Assembly (NCBI GenBank): GCA_024278935.1
Contig: JAJRSF010000007.1
Coordinates: 66,799 to 130,798 of the forward strand
DNA from: Candidatus Zixiibacteriota bacterium
Lineage (GTDB): Bacteria; Zixibacteria; MSB-5A5; GN15; FEB-12
Direction of reading: 5' to 3'
Length of the DNA: 64,000 nt
Shown here: piece by piece, positions 1 through 8,872 of the stretch
Numbering within the stretch: the stretch's first letter is position 1
Layout of the letters: the number at the start of each line of letters is the position of its first letter
Notes under the pieces: generated by a model
Told to the model about the DNA's origin: nothing
The model's database searches: none
Seen by the model: the letters and a program-made list of their open reading frames with translations, nothing else
Position numbers and translations under genes: made by a program

Positions 1-694
1 CGATAATCACTACATCATCTTTTAGCATATCAGCCTTAATAAACTGAGGCAGCCCAATGGCAGCGATTAAAATATCTGCCCGCTTGGTAATCTCTGCTAA
101 ATCTTTTGAGCGAGAATGAGCCACTGTCACAGTAGCGTTACCAATTTTTGCCTTCTGCATCAAAAGTGCCGCTATCGGTTTTCCGACAATATTTGAACGA
201 CCAACGATAACAACTTCTTTTCCGGTTGGGTCAATGTTTGATTCTTCAAGTAGTTTCAAAATTCCGTTTGGTGTACATGGAAGCAAAGCTCCCCGACCGA
301 GAAGCATCATACCAACGTTATACGGATGGAAGCCATCGACATCTTTTTCAGGTGAGATTGTCAGCGTAACCGCCAACTCATCAATATGCGATGGAACCGG
401 TGACTGCACTAAAATCCCATGGATTTTGTCATCAGCGTTTAGACCTTCAACAATCGCAATCAACTCTTCTTGAGATATAGATGCATCTTTGCGAATCGTC
501 ACGGAATGCAACTTCAACCGTTCACATGCTTTCCCTTTGCTACGGACATAAGTCTGCGATGCCGGGTCTTCCCCGACTAAGACAACTGCCAGTCCAGGAA
601 CAATATTTTTATCAAGTAAAGCTGCGATTCTCGGTTTAAGTTTCTTGCGAACATCTTTTGCTATCTGTTTACCATCAATGATTTGCGTAGCCAT
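1..694 (-). CDS. folD: Methylenetetrahydrofolate dehydrogenase/cyclohydrolase FolD (N-terminal part; C-terminus runs off the window)
   Basis: Absent from the ORF track because it is open at the window edge. My reverse-strand translation from the ATG at 694-692 reads MATQIIDGKQIAKDVRKKLKPRIAALL...VGEDPASQTYV...VGRSNIVGKPIAALL, which is FolD-like throughout. Confidence 0.85.
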   Translation of the reverse strand, partial: MATQIIDGKQIAKDVRKKLKPRIAALLDKNIVPGLAVVLVGEDPASQTYVRSKGKACERLKLHSVTIRKDASISQEELIAIVEGLNADDKIHGILVQSPVPSHIDELAVTLTISPEKDVDGFHPYNVGMMLLGRGALLPCTPNGILKLLEESNIDPTGKEVVIVGRSNIVGKPIAALLMQKAKIGNATVTVAHSRSKDLAEITKRADILIAAIGLPQFIKADMLKDDVVII

Positions 695-696
695 AC

Positions 697-1542
697 CTAA
701 AGTTTCCCCTCATCTGCATCAATTTCTTTTGGAGCATTTTTCGGTGGATTATTTATATCAAATTTTTCACAATACCGTTCAATACTTATCGCCTCACCGT
801 TGTCAGGGTTCGCTGTTATTATCGCCCCGGAGATACGGACATCTTCAGTAGCAGGCGTAAACCGAATCGGCAAGCCACGGATAAAACGGTCAACCGATGG
901 CTTGACATTCATACCGATTACAGATTCATACGCACCGGTCATTCCGCCATCAGTTAAGTAAGCGGTTCCCCGTTTACTTACCTTTTCATCAGCAGTCTGC
1001 ACATGGGTATGGGTTCCAACTAAAGCGGTAATCATACCATCAAGATGGTAAAACATCGCCTGTTTTTCAGAGGTTGCTTCGGCATGCATATCCAAAAATA
1101 TCAAATTAGCTTCTTCTCTTAAGCGGGCAACTTCTTTATCGGCGCACTTAAAGGGACAGTCGAGGTCACGCATGTAAGTTCTACCCATAAGGTTCATTAC
1201 GCCAATCTTCACGCCATTAACTTCATCAATCATTGCTCCCACTCCGGGAGCGCCATCAGGATAATTCCCTGGTCGAATCAGTTTTGGTTTAGTGTAAAAA
1301 TACTTAATAATTTCCTGTCTATCCCAAATATGATTCCCTGATGTTTGCAGGTCTACTCCATATGAAAATATCTTTTTAGACATCTCAGGAGTCACTCCAA
1401 AACCACCGGCAGCGTTTTCAACATTACAAATTACATAGTCGATATTGAATTTTTCACGAAGTGGTTTAATCATGTGAGCAGCGGCCTGACGACCCGCTTT
1501 GCCACAAATATCGGCAACAAACATTATTTTAAATTCTGACAT
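697..1542 (-). CDS. ymdB: YmdB-family metallophosphoesterase (2',3'-cyclic-nucleotide phosphodiesterase-like, TIGR00282 type)
   Basis: 281 aa. MFVADICGKAGR, NVENAAGGFG, GNHIWD and DMHAEATSEK motifs are typical of YmdB. TAG stop. Confidence 0.8.
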   Translation of the reverse strand: MSEFKIMFVADICGKAGRQAAAHMIKPLREKFNIDYVICNVENAAGGFGVTPEMSKKIFSYGVDLQTSGNHIWDRQEIIKYFYTKPKLIRPGNYPDGAPGVGAMIDEVNGVKIGVMNLMGRTYMRDLDCPFKCADKEVARLREEANLIFLDMHAEATSEKQAMFYHLDGMITALVGTHTHVQTADEKVSKRGTAYLTDGGMTGAYESVIGMNVKPSVDRFIRGLPIRFTPATEDVRISGAIITANPDNGEAISIERYCEKFDINNPPKNAPKEIDADEGKL

Positions 1543-1680
1543 ATATTCTTTCTAATTACAATTCAAATTACAATGGCTCTATATATAACATGAGAGTAGA
1601 AAATTGACAATAGCGGTAGACGTTTTTTTATGGTTATTTTAGTTATTTATTAAAAGCTATTGTTCGGAATATTATGCAAT

Positions 1681-1710
1681 AAAAAAGGAGACCAACCTCT
1701 GTTAGTCTCC
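1681..1710 (-). terminator. Rho-independent terminator downstream of the RRM protein gene
   Basis: On the minus strand, GGAGAC (loop) GTCTCC is followed by a T6 run. It lies about 45 nt after the TAA TAA double stop at 1751-1756. Confidence 0.5.
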
Positions 1711-1753
1711 AAACCTAAAACTCTAATATAGAATTTTAAATCAATGGCTTTTA

Positions 1754-2047
1754 TTAGTATGTTTTACGGTAGCCGTTGCCACCGCTTCTATTTCCACTTT
1801 TTTCACTTTTTGATTTTGCTTCACTGACATTCAAGGGACGACCATTAAGTTCTGTACCATTCAGTCCGCTTATAGCAGCTTGAGCTTCATCCTGTGAAGG
1901 CATTTCTATAAATGCAAACCCTTTTGGTCTACCGCTATCATTGTCCATAATAACTTTTACTGTTGAAACTTCACCAAAAGCTTTGAACGCTTCAAGCAGA
2001 TTATCTTCTGTCGTATCAAACGACATATTTCCTATGTAGATATTCAT
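1754..2047 (-). CDS. RNA-binding protein with one RRM (RNP-1/RNP-2) domain and a Gly/Arg-rich tail
   Basis: 97 aa. NIYIGNMSF (RNP-2) and KGFAFIEM (RNP-1) motifs; C-terminal SGNRSGGNGYRK. Confidence 0.85.
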   Translation of the reverse strand: MNIYIGNMSFDTTEDNLLEAFKAFGEVSTVKVIMDNDSGRPKGFAFIEMPSQDEAQAAISGLNGTELNGRPLNVSEAKSKSEKSGNRSGGNGYRKTY

Positions 2048-2493
2048 CCTACACTCCGTTGTTTTAATCTTGAAATACCCTCAATCGAAATTGATTGTGA
2101 TACACTCTAAGACTTCATATAATTTGTGCATGATTGCACGATAATTCGAGATTAAGCTTTTGGGAGTATTGTGAATCAAAACAAGACGACAAAAAGATCG
2201 AGCTCAAACATTTAGTTACATCTAAATATATCGGTTAGTTAGCTCAAGACCTACACTTATTATTAATAATTGGAGTTTATTACTGCTAAATTATCTCTAA
2301 ATTGAAGTAAACGACAGTTATAAGCAGATATAGCATGTTTTTTCAGTTAACGCATTGTAAATTATTTTACTATGTTATTGATAATTAACGACATTTTCAT
2401 CTGATAATTGATAATTCGGAACTTATTCAAATTATAGTCGTAGAAAAGATTATTACATAGATATTTGTTAATTCAGAACATCGGAGGTTATGT

Positions 2494-3741
2494 GTGAGGC
2501 ACACAAAACTAATTGGAATAGTTACCCTGTTTTTACTCGCATCACACTTTGTTAACGCAGATACAACATCAGTCGCTGAAAGTAACATTGACGGAGCCCC
2601 CAATATTTATATCGATTGTTCAAGTTGTGATAATGACTTTATTCGTCGTGAAATAACCTTTGTGAATTTTGTCCGTGACCGTAGCCAAGCAGACATCCAC
2701 CTTCTTGTTTCCAGATAACGAAATGGTGGTGGTGGACGAGAATACATGGTCGAATTTATAGGGCAACATGATTACGCCAACATGACCGACACTTTGATTT
2801 TCAACACCAAAGAAGCAGACACCGACGATGCCATCAGAAATCAAACAGCTAAATATTTTAAGCTGGGGCTGATACGCTTTGTTGCTAAAACGCCACTTTC
2901 AAAAGACCTGAAGATATCATACACAAAACCAAAAAATCAAATAGATGTAGTCGATAAATGGAACAACTGGGTTTTTGAGCTAAGCGGTAATATGTGGATG
3001 AACGGTGATGCGAACTATCGTTCAATAAGTCTGAATAACAACTATTCAGCAAACCGGGTAACCGAAGAATTAAAAATCGGACTGGGTGTTTGGTGGAACT
3101 ATAACGACCAGAAATTTACAGATGAGACCAGTATTGATTTATACTTAAATCGAAGTAAAGGCACCTACGGTAATTTTGTATTCAGTTTAAACGAAAATTG
3201 GTCAGCTGCTTATGAAATAAATTTCTTTGCCTCTACATTCGGTAATAAAGATTTTGATTTCTCTAACGAAGTCGGAATTGAATACAATCTATTCCCCTAT
3301 AAAGAATCTAGTCGACGTGCCTGGATTATCAGATACAATATCGGGACAACTTATATGGATTTTATTGACAAAACAGTATACGGCAAAACGAATGAATGGC
3401 TGACATATAACCGCCTAAGATCTGCTATCGAATTAACTCAACCATGGGGGTCTGTGTACAGCTCACTTAATGGAATTCTCTATTTACACGATTTTGATAA
3501 AAATAGATTGACCTTTTCGACTGGCTTGGAAGTGAACCTTTTTGAAGGCTTCTCTGTAAATTTCGATGGTAATTACTCACGTGTAAGAGACCAAATCGCC
3601 CTTCGAGATGAAAGCGAAACTGAGACAGATAGACTGCTTAGACAACGTGAACTTGCCTCGGGCTATAGGTATTGGTTATCATTTGGAGTAAGTTATTCGT
3701 TTGGATCAATCTATAATAACATCGTCAACCCAAGATTTTAA
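2494..3741 (+). pseudogene. Secreted beta-barrel outer-membrane protein of unknown family, interrupted by one in-frame TAA at 2716-2718
   Basis: ORFs 2494-2718 and 2746-3741 share a frame. Reading through gives ...HLLVSR*RNGGGGREYMVEFIG... GGAGG lies 6 nt before the GTG start. Signal peptide MRHTKLIGIVTLFLLASHFVNA; C-terminal ...NPRF aromatic end typical of OMPs. Confidence 0.6.
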
Positions 3742-3765
3742 TATTTGTAAATATTATTAGAAAAT

Positions 3766-3793
3766 GTAGGTCATGTCTTCCCGAGACCTGACT
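3766..3793 (+). repeat. GTAG-headed REP-like hairpin (GTAGGTCAKGTCT family) between convergent genes
   Basis: GTAGGTCATGTCTTCCCGAGACCTGACT. This is a near copy of 20861-20889. Stem AGGTCATGTCT/AGACCTGACT. Confidence 0.65.
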
Positions 3794-3843
3794 TTATTTC
3801 TTGAGCTTGCAATTTCTCAATCGCCTACCATTTGAATTCTTAC

Positions 3844-5166
3844 TTACCCTGCTTCGGTCACCCTTTTCTTAAGCGAAACGAATAACAATCCGAAACCTAA
3901 GACCATGCTAATACCTGATCCAAAAAGTATTCCACCCTTTGCGACCTCAAGCATGCTACCTTCTAAAGCAAGCGATGCGATGAACAATGACATCGTAAAC
4001 CCGATACCTGCAAGCAACCCTGCCCCGACCATCGTCAGCCAGTTTACATTATTCGGTAGTTTCGCCCATCCAACTCCAATGACTATAGATGATGCCAAAA
4101 GAATCCCGACTGGTTTACCTAGCACTAGCCCAAGGATAATAGCTATCGACAATGATTCTTGTAAACTTGAAACATCTATAAACACAGCCGCATTAGCTAA
4201 AGCAAAAAGAGGCATAATGACAAATGCGACCCACGGATGTAAAGCAGTTTCAAGACGTTCAAGTGGAGATATTGATTCTCTGAGGGTAAACTGTACTTCT
4301 GTCGACATACTAAATTCTGATTTCTCAATTTCACTCTTTTCACTTTTCGCAAACCTTACTCCAAGCGTAGCGATCGCTTCTCTTACTGTTTTACGATTCA
4401 CCATCCCTGTCGCTGGCGTCATCATACCAAGTATCACACCCGCAATTGTAGGATGAACCCCTGACTTCAGAGTGAACAGCCATATCGCACATCCGACCAA
4501 CAGATAGACACCAACATTTCGTACCCCTAGTTTGTTCAACAGATAAATAAGTCCAAATCCTGAAACCGACAAAACAAGCATCGTCATTTGTATCGTTTCC
4601 GTAAAGAATATGGCAATAACCGAAACAGCTAAAAGATCATCTACGATCGCAACCGATAAGAGGAAAATTTTCAGACTATGGGGTACTCTATCACCGAGAA
4701 GACTTAATATGCCTACAACAAAAGCAATATCGGTCGCCATAGGAATCGCCCAGCCGACTTCGGCAGGTTGCCCACTCTGCAAGCTCAGATATATAATCGC
4801 CGGTGTGATTGCCCCGCCAACTGCCGCAGCAGCAGGTAAAATAATTTTACGCGTTTCGCTTAACTCACCACTGGTAAGTTCACGTTTGAGTTCAAGCCCG
4901 ATAACGAAGAAAAATATAACCATCAGACCATCGTTGACCCAGTACCATAACGGATAGGAAATCGCAGACTCGCCGATTGTCAAACTGAGAGTTTGATTCC
5001 AAAAAGCATGATAGGCTGAGGCGTATGGAGAGTTGGCAACCAGTAATGCAATTATTGTACAGGCAAGAAGAACCATGCCGCCGGATGCTTCCAGATGAAA
5101 AAACCGCTGGAATGGCTTAGTAAGTTTTTGGACAGGGCGCAATTTCTGTTCTGAATTCATTTGCAT
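3844..5166 (-). CDS. nhaA: Na+/H+ antiporter NhaA
   Basis: 440 aa polytopic protein. FFHLEASGG, WVNDGLMVIFFFVIGLELKRE and ATDIAF motifs are characteristic of NhaA. Confidence 0.9.
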   Translation of the reverse strand: MQMNSEQKLRPVQKLTKPFQRFFHLEASGGMVLLACTIIALLVANSPYASAYHAFWNQTLSLTIGESAISYPLWYWVNDGLMVIFFFVIGLELKRELTSGELSETRKIILPAAAAVGGAITPAIIYLSLQSGQPAEVGWAIPMATDIAFVVGILSLLGDRVPHSLKIFLLSVAIVDDLLAVSVIAIFFTETIQMTMLVLSVSGFGLIYLLNKLGVRNVGVYLLVGCAIWLFTLKSGVHPTIAGVILGMMTPATGMVNRKTVREAIATLGVRFAKSEKSEIEKSEFSMSTEVQFTLRESISPLERLETALHPWVAFVIMPLFALANAAVFIDVSSLQESLSIAIILGLVLGKPVGILLASSIVIGVGWAKLPNNVNWLTMVGAGLLAGIGFTMSLFIASLALEGSMLEVAKGGILFGSGISMVLGFGLLFVSLKKRVTEAG

Positions 5167-5175
5167 TATTAATTC

Positions 5176-6354
5176 CTATAAATTATTTGAGGGCATATAG
5201 GCTACGACTTCATAAATCATATACGCTAAACCTGTCGAAAACAAGACAAGACCTTCTTTGCGAGATAACCTTTGACTTGTCGTTAAAAATATCAAGAGCA
5301 ATATAAACAAAAACCCCATAGCAACCAAACTTTGAATTGCTTCAGTGTGTATCGAAATTGCATCTGCTATAGGTGGTTGTACCATTAATCCGGCAATCCC
5401 TAGCACAGCAAAAATATTAAAAATAGCACTCCCTAAAAGATTGCCAATCCCAATATCAAGAGCATTTGACCTGATAGCCGAGAGCGAAACAACTATTTCC
5501 GGTGCCGATGTTCCAAGTGCTACAATTGATAAACCGATTAAATAATCCGGTATACCTAAAACAGATGCGAACCAAACAGCCCCATACCCTCTCATGACAC
5601 CATCGACAAGCTCGACCTCACCTACTAAGACATGACAACCTAACATGACAAATGTCAATCCGGCGAGCATCCGCAGAATTTTCATAGTAAGTTTCGACGA
5701 CTCTAGCTTATTGCTTTTTTCCGAATCAACAGAATCGACCTGTGATTTTTCTCTCTTTTTGATTATATAAAAGATATAAAATAGAAATAAACCAAACAGC
5801 ACCGATGCCTCTATTACGCCTAACTTTAAATCAAGTAAACCATATTTCGTCAGCCCATCGGCAAAACTTGCTTCAACTGGCAGGGTCCCGATAAATAATA
5901 ATATAAGCAGAGTTCCTACAATCAGAAGCGGAGCATCAAGTTTAATAGTCTGCCGATTTATAGCAAGCCCTCCTTTGGTAAGAAGAGCTAACCCTCCGAG
6001 GATGACAGAGATATTCAAGATATTTGAGCCGGCAATATTAGCGATAGCAATATCACCTCTCCCCCCGAACCCAGCTACTAACGATGTACCTAATTCAGGA
6101 AAACTTGTTCCAAACGCCACAACCGTAAGCCCTATCAAAAATGGTGAGACCTTAAAATGCTGTGCAATTTCCTGTGATGATTCAACAAGTAATTCAGAAC
6201 TTTCCCAAATGACTAAAATTATCGAGATGAACAATATGAGTTGAGCAAACATAAGAGCCGGTTCAGCGAGCAAATGTAACTCAATTAAAAGAATGCTTAT
6301 AAAAGCGACAAGAATTGGAGCTAGAAATTTTATTGTGCCACGACTTAACTTCAT
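5176..6354 (-). CDS. Ca2+/Na+ (cation) antiporter, CaCA/YrbG family
   Basis: Two alpha-repeat motifs, GTSFPELGTSLVA and GTSAPEIVVSLSA. I prefer the ATG at 6354 (MKLSRG); the ORF track extends to a TTG at 6378. Confidence 0.8.
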   Translation of the reverse strand: MKLSRGTIKFLAPILVAFISILLIELHLLAEPALMFAQLILFISIILVIWESSELLVESSQEIAQHFKVSPFLIGLTVVAFGTSFPELGTSLVAGFGGRGDIAIANIAGSNILNISVILGGLALLTKGGLAINRQTIKLDAPLLIVGTLLILLFIGTLPVEASFADGLTKYGLLDLKLGVIEASVLFGLFLFYIFYIIKKREKSQVDSVDSEKSNKLESSKLTMKILRMLAGLTFVMLGCHVLVGEVELVDGVMRGYGAVWFASVLGIPDYLIGLSIVALGTSAPEIVVSLSAIRSNALDIGIGNLLGSAIFNIFAVLGIAGLMVQPPIADAISIHTEAIQSLVAMGFLFILLLIFLTTSQRLSRKEGLVLFSTGLAYMIYEVVAYMPSNNL

Positions 6355-6498
6355 AAGTAACTCAGTTTTTAGTACCAAAATTTATAAATTCAATTCAAGC
6401 AATACCTCTAAAAGCATTACCATAATATCAAAGTTATACAACAGAAATACAAATTAAGTTTAAAAAATCGAAACTATTTATTAAGATTTTAATAGAAT

Positions 6499-7587
6499 TT
6501 AAGAGACTATCAGCCCGCCACCAAGAAGGGTTTGGTCGTCGTAAAAGACGACCGATTGCCCAGGCGTAATAGCCCGCTGGGAATCTTTAAATTTGATTTG
6601 CACCGAACCATCCCCTTGCGGAATGACAGTCGCCTCAGATGGGTCATGCAGATAACGGATTTTTACCAACGCATCAAATGGTTCCGATTGTGGTTCAATC
6701 GCAATCCAGTTGAGCGAGTCGGCTACAAGTTCAGATTTAAAAAGAGTATCGTTGTCACCAACAACAACCCGATTATTTTCAATATCAATAATTTGTACAT
6801 AGAGCGGAGTCGGGTGCGAAATGCCCATCCCTTTCCGCTGTCCAATAGTAAAAAACGCAGTCCCTTTATGCTGACCAAGCACCCGCCCATCGGCATGGAC
6901 AATTTCACCGGGAACGTAGGACTTATCATTTTTCTCAGCCATCTCGATTAGAAAACGACGGTAGTCATCATCGAGTACAAAACAGATCTCACGAGATTCC
7001 GCTTTGTCAGCAGTACGTAATTTATATTTGTGCGCCATTTCTCGCACTTCTGATTTCAACAACCCGCCAAGTGGCATCAGAGTTTTCGAAAGAGCATCCT
7101 GCGAAACACCCCACAAAACATACGACTGGTCACGGGTAACATCGACCCCTTTGCGAATCGACCAACGTCCATTCTCCCCCTGTTCGATAAATGAGTAATG
7201 CCCGGTTGCAATATAGTCACATCCAAGTTCTTCAGCCTTGCGAAGGAACTCTGTCCATTTCACATTTGAATTGCATTGGATACATGGGTTCGGGGTGCGA
7301 CCTTTGTCATATTCGGAAATAAAATCTTCGATAACAGTATCCCGAAAATGTCGAGACATATTCAGCACATAAAAGGGTGCATCGATGGCATCGCAAACGA
7401 CCCGACAATCAGTGATAGAATCAATCGTACAGCACCGACCATCCTTGTAAATATCACCGCCAACTTCGACATAGTCCCATAGTTTCATATGAGCGCCGAC
7501 AACATCGTAGCCCTGTTCTTTGAGAAGAAAGGCAGCAACCGACGAATCAACTCCGCCGGACATAGCCACTAATACTTTTTTTGCCAT
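6499..7587 (-). CDS. mnmA: tRNA-specific 2-thiouridylase MnmA
   Basis: 362 aa. VAMSGGVDSSVAA PP-loop, NPCIQCN, and a full-length MnmA-like sequence. Confidence 0.92.
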   Translation of the reverse strand: MAKKVLVAMSGGVDSSVAAFLLKEQGYDVVGAHMKLWDYVEVGGDIYKDGRCCTIDSITDCRVVCDAIDAPFYVLNMSRHFRDTVIEDFISEYDKGRTPNPCIQCNSNVKWTEFLRKAEELGCDYIATGHYSFIEQGENGRWSIRKGVDVTRDQSYVLWGVSQDALSKTLMPLGGLLKSEVREMAHKYKLRTADKAESREICFVLDDDYRRFLIEMAEKNDKSYVPGEIVHADGRVLGQHKGTAFFTIGQRKGMGISHPTPLYVQIIDIENNRVVVGDNDTLFKSELVADSLNWIAIEPQSEPFDALVKIRYLHDPSEATVIPQGDGSVQIKFKDSQRAITPGQSVVFYDDQTLLGGGLIVS

Positions 7588-7601
7588 AAATTCAGAAATC
7601 C

Positions 7602-8765
7602 CTACTTATTATAAATCGGCGACATATCACGTAAACGATTGACAACTTCCGGCAAAACCGAAATCACATAATCTAAATCATCTTTTGTCGTAGAACGTCC
7701 CAGTGAAAATCGAAGAGCACCCTGCGAAATAACTTTATCAATCCCCATCGCCTGCAGAACATGCGATGGTTCAGTTGCACCCGATGTACATGCAGACCCC
7801 GACGAAACCGCAACACCTTTGAGGTCTAAGCCCAAGAGCAACGACTCTCCCTCGACACCTTGAAAAGAAAGATTCACCGTCTGTGGAATTCTATTTGTCA
7901 TTGGACCATTTAGGTACACATCAGGAAGCAGAGCTTTTACTTTAGCAATAAAATACTCCGATAATTCCAAAAGCATAGCATGGTCGGCATCCATTCTTCT
8001 TTGAGCAATCTCTAAAGTCTTGGCGAGTCCAACCGCACCTGCGATATTTTCAGTTCCCGGTCTCCGTTTTTTCTCATGAGAACCACCATAGAAAAGAGGT
8101 TCCATTCGAACACCCTGTTTCACAAACAAAGCACCGATTCCTTTTGGTCCATAAATCTTATGAGCTGTCAAAGAAAGCAGGTCAACATCAAGTTCTTTCA
8201 CATCGACTTTAATTTTCCCGATTGCCTGCACTGCGTCGGTATGAAACAAAGCACCTTTTGCGTGGGTCGCATCGACAAGCGGTTTCAAATTTTGAATCGT
8301 ACCTGTTTCGTTATTGGCAAGCATTATAGATGTTAAAAAAGTCTTCTCTGTTATCAATTTGTTTATAGAATCAGCTGAAATAAAACCATCAACGTCTACA
8401 GGAATAACAGATAATTTAAAATCATGTTTATTATGTAAGAACTCAGCAGTTTCTAAAACAGCATGATGTTCGGTTGCTCCGACTAATAGATGATGTTTTT
8501 TACTCTTATATTTTTGTGCCACACCCATAAGAGCAATATTGTCAGACTCGGTTCCACCGGATGTAAAATACAATTCTGATGGTTCGCAATTTATATGTGC
8601 GGCTACAATTTCACGAGAGTTCTCTAAAGCAACTTTAGCGTCACGCCCAAAATTATGAGCCGATGAAGCATTCCCGAAAACTTTTGACAAGTAAGGAATC
8701 ATTACATCGACAACTTCTTGGTCTACCGGAGTAGTTGCGGTATGGTCTAGATATATTTGTTTCAT
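7602..8765 (-). CDS. nifS: Cysteine desulfurase (NifS/IscS class V aminotransferase)
   Basis: 387 aa. SGGTESDN, SLTAHKIYGPKG (PLP lysine) and SSGSACTSG active-site Cys loop. Ends 14 nt upstream of mnmA. Confidence 0.9.
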   Translation of the reverse strand: MKQIYLDHTATTPVDQEVVDVMIPYLSKVFGNASSAHNFGRDAKVALENSREIVAAHINCEPSELYFTSGGTESDNIALMGVAQKYKSKKHHLLVGATEHHAVLETAEFLHNKHDFKLSVIPVDVDGFISADSINKLITEKTFLTSIMLANNETGTIQNLKPLVDATHAKGALFHTDAVQAIGKIKVDVKELDVDLLSLTAHKIYGPKGIGALFVKQGVRMEPLFYGGSHEKKRRPGTENIAGAVGLAKTLEIAQRRMDADHAMLLELSEYFIAKVKALLPDVYLNGPMTNRIPQTVNLSFQGVEGESLLLGLDLKGVAVSSGSACTSGATEPSHVLQAMGIDKVISQGALRFSLGRSTTKDDLDYVISVLPEVVNRLRDMSPIYNK

Positions 8766-8858
8766 AAAAAAATCCTTGTTCGTTAATTTTCATACTCTCT
8801 ATCTATACTAACAGACAATTGAGTTTGTTTGTTCAAAACTTTCGAGCAATAATATAAG

Positions 8859-8872
8859 TGTGCCTTCAGGCA
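8859..8872 (-). terminator. Short palindromic hairpin immediately after the TamA-like gene (possible terminator; related copy at 21886-21899)
   Basis: GTGCCTTCAGGCAC palindrome directly 3' of the TAG stop at 8873-8875. The 21886 copy reads GTGCCTGCAGGCAC. Confidence 0.35.

Noticed and set aside
3905-4957. Long plus-strand ORFs antisense to nhaA (3905-4456, 4610-4957), and similar shadow ORFs opposite the CaCA gene, mnmA, apt, gpsA, rplE (58533-59045), rplN (59445-59762) and rplB/rplW (63226-63726)
   Set aside because: Each lies entirely inside a strongly supported gene on the other strand and has a low-complexity, non-homologous translation. These are typical antisense shadow ORFs.
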